Source: Candidatus Latescibacterota bacterium | GTDB lineage: Bacteria; Latescibacterota; UBA2968 | Reading direction: 5' to 3' | Length of the DNA stretch: 64,000 bases | Assembly: GCA_965208125.1 (NCBI GenBank) | Contig: OZ242320.1 | Location: forward strand, 2,496,001-2,560,000 | Shown: one piece after another, positions 47,425-55,230 of the stretch | Layout: each line of letters begins with the position of its first letter | Numbering within the stretch: position 1 is the stretch's first letter | Made by a program: the position numbers and the translations under genes | Notes under the pieces: generated by a model | Told to the model about the DNA's origin: nothing | The model's input: the letters and a program-made list of their open reading frames with translations, nothing else | Database searches by the model: none

Positions 47425-49860
47425 TTACTCATCCCGCAGCGCGTCAACCGGATTGGCGCAGGCTGCACGCCAGGCTTGTCCGCCTACGGTTACGAGCACA
47501 ATTCCCAGCGTCAATAGCCCTGTCGCAATGAACATGAGTGGCCCCAGTTCGATGCGGTAGGCGAAATCATTGAGCCAGGAGGACATGAGATAGTACGCCA
47601 CCGGCCATCCGATTACATTGGCTATGATAGTTAGCCATAGGAAATTGCGGGTCAGCAATAGAATGATATTTCCCTCCGTGGCGCCGAGTACTTTGCGAAT
47701 GCCGATCTCTTTGGTGCGCTGTTGTGTGGCAAACGCGATCAATCCGAGCATTCCCAAACAACTGATAAAGATGGACAGCGCGGCAAAAACCCCGCACACT
47801 TTTTGCAGCGTTATCTCTGACTGGTAATAGGCATCGAGCGCTTCGTTGAAAAATCGATACTCAAAAGGCCGGTCCGGCAAAAACTGCTTCCACACGCTTT
47901 CCAGCGTGGCGAGTTGTGTCCTCAGGTCCCCGGGTGATAGGCGTACGGCGACCCAATGCAAACTGGGTGAGTTTTCCAATATCAGGGGTGCAATACCGTG
48001 GTGCAGTGACTGGTTGTGGTAATCCTTGACCAGGCCGATTACCTGTATCTGAACCCGGCCATCGGCATAGAAAAGAGACTTGCCTACGGGATCGTCCCAT
48101 CCGAGTTCCCGTGCGGCTGTCTCATTGATCAATGCGGAACCTTCCCATTTGTTTTCGTCGATTCTGCGAAAGTTAGGCATACCAATCAGGCTCCTGCCCG
48201 ATACAATGGACAATCCGAACAGATCGAGATAACTGTCATCAATGCCGTTCCAGTACAGCTTGAATGTCGCATCGCCATGCCCTTCGGCGCGCAGAATGCG
48301 TCTATCCACAGCGATTCGCCCAGGCGGTGTGTGAAATGCCGATGCTTTCAACACACCCGGTTGTGTGCGAAATTCATTGACGATGGCTCCCGCCTTTGGC
48401 CGCAGTCCCCGGTCTTTCAAAAAGAACGGCATCATGACAATGTGTTCCTTTTCAAATCCCAGTTCTTTGGTACGTACGAATGTAAGCTGACTATACACCA
48501 CCAGCGTCGTGATGATCAAGACCACAGATATGCCGAACTGTATCACAACCATTATCTGATTCATACCCCTGCGCCGAGACTGCAACGTGCCCTTCAGTGC
48601 TCGAACCGGCTCGAATGCCGATAAGACAAATGAAGGATAGCTCCCGGCGAGCAGGCCCGTGCCCAATAATACGCATAACGAGAGCGCCAGGACGAATACT
48701 GAGCCCGCGTCGGTCAAATGCAGATCAACGCCCATGAAGTCATTAAAAAAGGGCAGTGCATCGGAGGCAAATAATACCGCCAGCACGCCTGCTAATAAGA
48801 CGATGATCAGGGACTCGCCCAAAAATTGACCCATTAATTGCAACCGTGTCGCGCCTACGACCTTGCGCAGGCCAACTTCGCGTAGCCGACTGGCTGATCG
48901 CGCCGTTATCAGGTTGATGTAATTGATGCAGGCGATCAACAGTACGAGTAGTCCAATGAATAGCAGCGTATAACAGCGCGTGATGTTCCCGGCATTGATC
49001 TCCGCTGTGCCGTAATCCTGCATCGAGTACAGATGGATGCGGTCGAGCGACTGTAAGTAGAAATCATAGCGTTCGGGACCGTCAAGCTGATGGTCGGCTG
49101 CAAATGCGTGTAGTTTTTCTTGCAGTTCAGCAATATCGGCTCCCTGACGCACCAGCACATAAGTCCGCAACGGTCCGATAAACCAATTTGAGGGCCACTC
49201 GTCCCACACCAGTCGTCGCCATCCGTTTTCTGGATATTGTTCCGATGGTTGTGGATATGTGGTGGTGAGAAAATCGAACTGTAGCTTGTCATTTGATGTC
49301 TTTGGTTGGTTCTTCAGGATACCGGTAATTGTGAAATCGCCCTTAAACCACTTGTAGTGAATATTGACGGTTTTGCCTATGGGGTCTTCATCGCCGAACA
49401 ATTTGTGAGCCAGGGTCTGAGAGAGAAACGCGGTATGGGGATCGTTTAGTCCGGTTTTGGGATCGCCGACGACCATTGGTAGCGTAAAGACATCGAACAT
49501 CTCCGCATCGGTTATGCACACGCGCGTATTGAAACCACGATCCTCATGAGATGCCCACATACCCCTGACGAGCATTCGAGTCACTGCCTCAACTTCGGGG
49601 AATTTACCGCGCAGATGTGGAGCGACGGGCTTTGTTCCCAGGTCGTAGCGTTCGCCGCTGACATCCTTGATTTTTCGGATGACCCTGTAAATGCGGTCGC
49701 TTTTTTCGTGGTGCTGGTCAAAACGAAACTGGTAACCCACATACAATACCGCCAGCAACATGCACGCAATACCCACAGCCAATCCCAGGATATTCAGGAT
49801 TGAATAGAAGGCGTGCCGACGCAGATTTCTGAATCCAACGGTGAGGTAATTCCAGATCAT
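47425..49860 (-). CDS. MacB/FtsX-type duplicated ABC permease #8
   Basis: Same architecture; first gene after sigma54 module copy 3. Confidence 0.93.
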   Translation of the reverse strand: MIWNYLTVGFRNLRRHAFYSILNILGLAVGIACMLLAVLYVGYQFRFDQHHEKSDRIYRVIRKIKDVSGERYDLGTKPVAPHLRGKFPEVEAVTRMLVRGMWASHEDRGFNTRVCITDAEMFDVFTLPMVVGDPKTGLNDPHTAFLSQTLAHKLFGDEDPIGKTVNIHYKWFKGDFTITGILKNQPKTSNDKLQFDFLTTTYPQPSEQYPENGWRRLVWDEWPSNWFIGPLRTYVLVRQGADIAELQEKLHAFAADHQLDGPERYDFYLQSLDRIHLYSMQDYGTAEINAGNITRCYTLLFIGLLVLLIACINYINLITARSASRLREVGLRKVVGATRLQLMGQFLGESLIIVLLAGVLAVLFASDALPFFNDFMGVDLHLTDAGSVFVLALSLCVLLGTGLLAGSYPSFVLSAFEPVRALKGTLQSRRRGMNQIMVVIQFGISVVLIITTLVVYSQLTFVRTKELGFEKEHIVMMPFFLKDRGLRPKAGAIVNEFRTQPGVLKASAFHTPPGRIAVDRRILRAEGHGDATFKLYWNGIDDSYLDLFGLSIVSGRSLIGMPNFRRIDENKWEGSALINETAARELGWDDPVGKSLFYADGRVQIQVIGLVKDYHNQSLHHGIAPLILENSPSLHWVAVRLSPGDLRTQLATLESVWKQFLPDRPFEYRFFNEALDAYYQSEITLQKVCGVFAALSIFISCLGMLGLIAFATQQRTKEIGIRKVLGATEGNIILLLTRNFLWLTIIANVIGWPVAYYLMSSWLNDFAYRIELGPLMFIATGLLTLGIVLVTVGGQAWRAACANPVDALRDE

Positions 49861-49912
49861 ATCGGGCCTCCGTCTCTATTGCGAGGTAAGTACTATATAC
49901 ATTACGTTATGA

Positions 49913-50031
49913 AGCAAAAATTATGCCAGAAAAGTCAAATATTGGAATTACAACAAGTTACGAAAATTATCTGAATTTAGCGTCTTATAAAGTGTCCGAT
50001 TTTGATACAGTGGTGTCCGAAAATGAACACT
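49913..50031 (-). promoter_or_regulatory. Sigma54 promoter module copy 3
   Basis: Minus strand TGGCATAATTTTTGCT at 49913-49928; identical 43 bp core at 49989-50031. Confidence 0.85.
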
Positions 50032-50065
50032 TGATCGTAGAGAAATGTTAGTTGTGAAAATTCGT

Positions 50066-50092
50066 GAACCTTATGCCAAAAACTGTATCTAT
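50066..50092 (+). promoter_or_regulatory. Putative ECF-sigma (autoregulatory) promoter
   Basis: GAACCT-N16-TCTAT directly upstream of the ECF sigma gene, similar to the sigmaE-type GAACTT-N16-TCTAA. Confidence 0.55.
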
Positions 50093-50121
50093 TGTATGAA
50101 CGCGCGAATTGGGGTACTCTG

Positions 50122-51279
50122 ATGAATGATTCATTACCGGGCGACAAGACCCTGGTCAATAAAGCCTGTGGTGGAGATGAGAGAGCATTTGCCGATTTGA
50201 TTAACCAGCATCGATCTCTGGTGTTTGGGGTTATATGGGCTGTGCTGCGAGATGCTGATGATACCGAAGATGCCACGCAAGAGACATTTATTCTTGCCTA
50301 TCGGAATCTCAGCCAACTCGATGATGCCGGCAAGTTCTCATCCTGGCTTTATACAATTGCGCGCAACGTGGCTCTCAAATGGGTGAGAAAGCGAACCCTT
50401 GAGGCACGGGGATTATCAAGGGTGCAGGAATATCAACAACTCGAGTTTTTGCATCCTGAGAAAGTGGTGGAGTCACAGTACGCATCTGATCTGAAGCGGG
50501 CTTTCAAATTGCTTTCCCCGGCGGATCGGATGGTTACTACGCTGTTTTATCTGGTCGGATTACATCAGAATCAGATTGCCAGTATCCTCGGTATTCCGGT
50601 GGGTACTGTCAAGAGTCGGTTACACAGATCGCGGAAACAACTGAAAAGGAGGCTTTTAGTCATGGGAAATGAAACACATGTAGATCATGAAAATCAGGAA
50701 GATTACGGGCGCAGAGTTATTGGTGGAATGAGAGGGGTTATCCACTGGCAGAAATTGATTCAGGGCGATGGGTTGACGGACTGGCGTCCCGCAAAGGGAC
50801 ATACCGAAGCGTCTTTGCATCGCGTTTGGACGCGCACGGACGATGGCATCGTCGGTGAAGCAGGACCCTCAAGTGATAATGATTCTCCGCTTATTACAGG
50901 TGATTCTTCCTGGGGAAGTTATGAACTGTCGCTTCTCATTACGCCCATTTCTGGCGGCAATGCTCAGGTTTTCTTCCGAATGTCCGAAGACGAACGGTGC
51001 TGGTATTTGCTGGATTTCTTATTGGGCTGGCAGGCGGTTGCCATTAGTAAGGTTACTCCCGAGGGGCTAACAAAGCTCAGTGTGGTCAATTATCCCATTG
51101 AGCACGGACAGGAATACGATGTACAAATCGCCGCCCGGGGCGCGTCTCTTACATCATATATTGATGGCAAGTTGGTCAATCAAGTGACCGATTTTAGCTA
51201 TCAATCGGGACCGATTGCGCTGAATGTGTGGGAAAGCAAAACAGCTTTTCGAGACCTTCGATTCCGTCTTTTGCATTGA
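50122..51279 (+). CDS. ECF sigma-70 factor fused to a C-terminal DUF1080-like beta-sandwich domain
   Basis: DATQETFILAY..L..L...FSSWL..IARN and IP.GTVKSRL.R motifs; C-terminal GLTDW...WGSYEL...SGPIAL...FRDLR. Confidence 0.85.
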   Translation: MNDSLPGDKTLVNKACGGDERAFADLINQHRSLVFGVIWAVLRDADDTEDATQETFILAYRNLSQLDDAGKFSSWLYTIARNVALKWVRKRTLEARGLSRVQEYQQLEFLHPEKVVESQYASDLKRAFKLLSPADRMVTTLFYLVGLHQNQIASILGIPVGTVKSRLHRSRKQLKRRLLVMGNETHVDHENQEDYGRRVIGGMRGVIHWQKLIQGDGLTDWRPAKGHTEASLHRVWTRTDDGIVGEAGPSSDNDSPLITGDSSWGSYELSLLITPISGGNAQVFFRMSEDERCWYLLDFLLGWQAVAISKVTPEGLTKLSVVNYPIEHGQEYDVQIAARGASLTSYIDGKLVNQVTDFSYQSGPIALNVWESKTAFRDLRFRLLH

Positions 51280-51298
51280 ATCCTTAAAAAAAATTAGC

Positions 51299-51541
51299 TT
51301 AGTCCTGAGTGCGCTTGTCTCTGAAACAGGCTATTCCAAATATGATTGTAGCTGCTATGAGTATTCCCAGAGTCCATTTTGGAGGCAAGGGCAATGCAAA
51401 AGATACAAGTAGCAATATGAAACCACTAAGGGGACCTATAAAACGACGCAAAGACATTTGACCTTTTCGCCATTTTATGTATCCCACGACTTGATACGCA
51501 AACAGAACGCCTATAGCAAGGATCAGCAAGATCGTATACAT
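51299..51541 (-). CDS. Small 3-TM membrane protein (80 aa)
   Basis: Hydrophobic ORF with AGGAG RBS before ATG 51541. Confidence 0.6.
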   Translation of the reverse strand: MYTILLILAIGVLFAYQVVGYIKWRKGQMSLRRFIGPLSGFILLLVSFALPLPPKWTLGILIAATIIFGIACFRDKRTQD

Positions 51542-51645
51542 GGTTTTTCTCTCCTGAGATAATGGATAACATAAAGCCAGCAAGTTCTGTTTTTCTTGCT
51601 GGCTTTCTTATTTGAGAATCATCTTGAAGTTATCAACTTCCGATA

Positions 51646-52887
51646 TTACTGTTTATTCGTAGCCTTTCGGAAACATCTGACTATACCATCCACAGATATA
51701 TAAAGAATGGCGATGCCACCCACAAAAACGGGTAGCCTATGTTCACTTAGGTAGTGTCTGAAAAGTCGTAAAGTATGTATTTTAGTTGCAGCATACGCCC
51801 AAGACAAAGGAGTATGATATGCAACGGAGATACGAACTGAGCGACGACGAATGGCATCTGATCCAAGACTTGTTTCCACCGCCGAAGAAGATGGGTCGTC
51901 CCCGTCGAGATGATCGTACATTATTCAACGGGGTCTTCTGGATATTGTGTTCAGGTGCAGCTTGGCGCGACCTACCAGAACGATATGGTCCTTGGCAGAC
52001 AGCCTTTGATCGATTCTGCAAATGGAAACAGGATGGCACTTTTGATCGCATTGTAGAAAAATTGCATCTCAAATTGGATGAAGATGGCCTTTTAGATTAT
52101 GCGACCTGGATGATGGATGCAACCCATATTCGAGCCACACAAGCCGCAGCAGGGGCGAAAAAAAAAGGGTAAAGAGGGTGAAGAAGAGCCCCCAGACCAC
52201 GCTTTAGGACGCTCTCGTGGCGGTTTGACCACGAAAATCCATCTTCTTTGCGATGCAGTCGGGCATCCTTTAGCAGTGGACCTGCTCCCTGGCAACCAGT
52301 CAGAATCCACACAGGCTGAAAGGCTGTTATCAAAGGTACGCATACCCACCAAACAAGGACGTCCAAGAAACCGACCTCAGTATCTGGTGGCTGATAAATC
52401 TTATGATGTCTCACGCATCAGAGTCTATCTACGCAAACGGGGTATCAAGGCTGCTATCCCAAACAAGGCGATTCCTAAAGGCAGAAAACGGCGTAAGAGA
52501 GGACCAAGGCCAAAGTGTGATAAAAGATTATATGCCAAACGCAATATCGTAGAGCGTCTCTTTGGTTGGCTCAAACACTGCCGACGGATTGTGACTCGGT
52601 TTGAAAAAAAGGCGACTCATTTTCTCACTATGGTCAAGCTGGCCTGCATCAGACAACTCTTCAAAGCTTACTTTTCAGACACTACCTAGTTCTCCAAGTG
52701 CTGTATCATCGTAAATGATAGCAGTGTATCCGAGAAATATCCCTGTCATAAGTCCGACGCTCGCCATAATGATCGTAATGATTTGTGGAAGGTCAGGTTT
52801 GTTTTTTTTATAAAAGACGATACAGGTGTAAACAATCGCAAGCACTGCACCGAGAATTAGGCCGATTTTTTGTATGGTAAGCGACAT
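51646..52887 (-). pseudogene. 100 aa membrane-protein gene interrupted by IS5
   Basis: Removing the IS and one TA joins ...DTALGEL (52687-52887) in frame to SEHRLPVF...NKQ* (51646-51747). Confidence 0.85.
51750..52686 (+). mobile_element. IS5-family insertion sequence (937 bp) with two-ORF transposase
   Basis: Perfect 17 bp IRs GGTAGTGTCTGAAAAGT and TA duplication. OrfA (51819-52172) has WRDLPERYGPW. OrfB (to 52689) has GRSRGGLTTKIH, ADKSYD and Y..RN.VER. Confidence 0.95.
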
Positions 52888-53124
52888 CTATCCTCTGCTT
52901 CCAACCTTGTATCCACAGAAAACACCGACAGCACCTCCGATGGCAATTCCCACTGGCCCAAAGGGACTGCCAAGTACCAGACCACCTATAAATCCTGAAA
53001 CTGCGGGTGTGTATGAAGCAAGGGGAGAGATTTGTGGTTGTCGGTACAGATTTTTACGATCAACGGATGCTGTGTTATCTGTTTGTTTGTGCTGATTTTT
53101 GCGATCAAATAATCCCACAGTCAA
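52888..53124 (-). CDS. Small glycine-zipper protein (78 aa)
   Basis: GFIGGLVLG.PFGPVGIAIGGAVG motif; TTG start after AAGGAG. Confidence 0.6.
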   Translation of the reverse strand: MTVGLFDRKNQHKQTDNTASVDRKNLYRQPQISPLASYTPAVSGFIGGLVLGSPFGPVGIAIGGAVGVFCGYKVGSRG

Positions 53125-53222
53125 TCTCCTTTTCTACTTGAGAATTATCTTATGGCGATATGGTCTCTTTCAATGATACCCAAAAGATACTTGATAAACA
53201 AACGGATTTTGTTTGTTTCGTA

Positions 53223-55214
53223 TTACCACCCGTGAATCCCATGCCCTTGATCTGGAAACCAGATTACATCTACGAGGAATGCGATTCCGATTGCAAATAC
53301 AAATCCCACGATTAGCCCATAACAACACGGGCGCACCCGCCGGTAGAGCAGGATCCCTCCGAATTGCAGTACCAGCAGCTTGGCCAGCCATACTAAGAAG
53401 ATATCGAGAATATAGATGCGCATGTACCAGCTATACATGACCATCAATCCCATGGGATGGATGGGCCACCAGGGGAGCCTCGCCTGAAGTACGGCAAATA
53501 GTAGCGCGCCCAGGGTGCCCAACAGGTACACACCTGTTTTTTCCAGGTCTGGAACAGACCGATCCGTATCGCCGACTGCTCCGGCGATAATATTGTACCG
53601 TTCTCTCGCCGAACCCTCCAGTGCCCAGGAATGAAAGCTGGCACCGCCCCAGGTATAACACAGCCAGACCGTATAAGAAGCGCCAATGATCACCCCGAGG
53701 AGCACGCCGATCCAGATCAATCGGTTTGTCTTTGTCGATCTTGCCATCGTCCGTTCTATATTGGGCAGCGCCGTTGGCACGCGCCAGCCTGCCAGCAAAC
53801 GGTGATTCACCATGTGCGTGCTTACCAGCGTGGGTGTGGACATGTTGCGCGTGCCCACAAACATATCGCCCAGTATGGTCGTTCCGCCTGCCCAAAAGGG
53901 GAATAAATAGGCGAAGCCCGTGGCTGCTACGAGCTTCATCGATACAAAGAGGCCGATCCAGAATGCCGCCATCCACAATATCAGTGTTGATGGGCTGTTT
54001 CCCGACTGATAAAGCCAGAATGCCATATAGATCAACCCGCCTGCAAGCACCAGCAAGGTGCTACGAGGAGACAGGATCATGGTTTCGGAGGCTTCGCCTG
54101 CAACTGGACTGCGAACCTGTCTCCAGACGCGTTTCAGATGCCCGCGTGCTGCCCATATCGCCCAGAGGGCTAGTCCCAGCATCGCCCCGTTGGAGAAAAG
54201 GTTTACTATGACGCCCGCATCGGCTTCTTGTCCGCTCATTCCCACTGTGAATCCCACGCGGTTCATGGCGTATTGTGCCCCCAGTCCTACGAGGTAAACC
54301 GACCAGATGCTGAACAGGATGTTCAGGTCGCACAAAAAAGTAAATCCCATCAGGGTGGGCAGGATGCGATAGGAGAAGGCAAATGGCGGCAAATACCGGG
54401 ACAGGGGTGCGCCTCTGCGTCCGGTTCGCCCGAACATGGGGTCAAAAATTGCAATGCGGGGAAAATCGGGGATGAAGTATTCTGCGATGTTCCAGAGGAG
54501 GGGAAATGCTGCAATAAAAAATCCGGCCCAGAATACTTTGCTCTTCATAAAGGCAGGCCAACCCGGTTTTCGGTCAAATCCTTCGGTGAGTTCCAGGGAG
54601 ACTTCGGCGAGGGGATAGACCAGGCGCTCGTGTTGCGCCCATTGTTTTTGAAATAATGCGGTCAATCCCAGGCCAATGGCCGTGATTGCAAGGGCGATGG
54701 ATCCCGCCCAGAAGATTGGCCCCAACCACGCGCCCCAGGGTACGTCTGACCACAGCCCCTGATAGAAGCCATCGACCACACCTGGACTGTTTAAGGGCAA
54801 CATCCAGTTGGGCAAGTCGTCAAAGTACAGTTCTTCCCAGCGGTTCTCCGGCGAAGCAAAATAGCGCGGTGCGGCCATCATGCCAGCCCACTGCGTTGCC
54901 CAGTTAAAGCCGGCAAATAAGCCGCCGACCCACAAGAGGCAAAATAGCACCCGCATCTCTGTTGCGGACAGGGATAACCGGGGCCAAAAGCGCTTCAATA
55001 CCGAGTTGCCCAGGAGCCAGAATACGAAGGGCAATAATACGGTCATTGGCAGATTGGACATTGCCAGAAGGCCGGATCGCGTGCTCAATTCCACATACGT
55101 TGACATGGCACACGCAAAGACCAGCGTACCTACCATCGCCAATACGGCTGTTTTGCGTACTCGGCTCTCGGTTTCTGTATTTGGAGTTTCAACGCGGTCA
55201 GGCGTTTGTGACAA
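53223..55214 (-). CDS. DUF6785/DUF6784 membrane protein (putative transporter)
   Basis: QKQWAQHERLVYPL, WWPIHPMG and QFGGILLYRR motifs; C-terminus HGIHGW. Confidence 0.8.
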   Translation of the reverse strand: MSQTPDRVETPNTETESRVRKTAVLAMVGTLVFACAMSTYVELSTRSGLLAMSNLPMTVLLPFVFWLLGNSVLKRFWPRLSLSATEMRVLFCLLWVGGLFAGFNWATQWAGMMAAPRYFASPENRWEELYFDDLPNWMLPLNSPGVVDGFYQGLWSDVPWGAWLGPIFWAGSIALAITAIGLGLTALFQKQWAQHERLVYPLAEVSLELTEGFDRKPGWPAFMKSKVFWAGFFIAAFPLLWNIAEYFIPDFPRIAIFDPMFGRTGRRGAPLSRYLPPFAFSYRILPTLMGFTFLCDLNILFSIWSVYLVGLGAQYAMNRVGFTVGMSGQEADAGVIVNLFSNGAMLGLALWAIWAARGHLKRVWRQVRSPVAGEASETMILSPRSTLLVLAGGLIYMAFWLYQSGNSPSTLILWMAAFWIGLFVSMKLVAATGFAYLFPFWAGGTTILGDMFVGTRNMSTPTLVSTHMVNHRLLAGWRVPTALPNIERTMARSTKTNRLIWIGVLLGVIIGASYTVWLCYTWGGASFHSWALEGSARERYNIIAGAVGDTDRSVPDLEKTGVYLLGTLGALLFAVLQARLPWWPIHPMGLMVMYSWYMRIYILDIFLVWLAKLLVLQFGGILLYRRVRPCCYGLIVGFVFAIGIAFLVDVIWFPDQGHGIHGW

Positions 55215-55230
55215 TTGGGCCTCCTCCCCG

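Noticed and set aside
17871-50031. CRISPR, ncRNA or MITE interpretation of the three-copy intergenic repeat
   Set aside because: The copies are dispersed, with no spacers, terminal IRs or target duplications; the sigma54 geometry explains the conservation.
50071-50080. A fourth sigma54 box (TGGCATAA on the minus strand)
   Set aside because: There is no GC at the -12 position.
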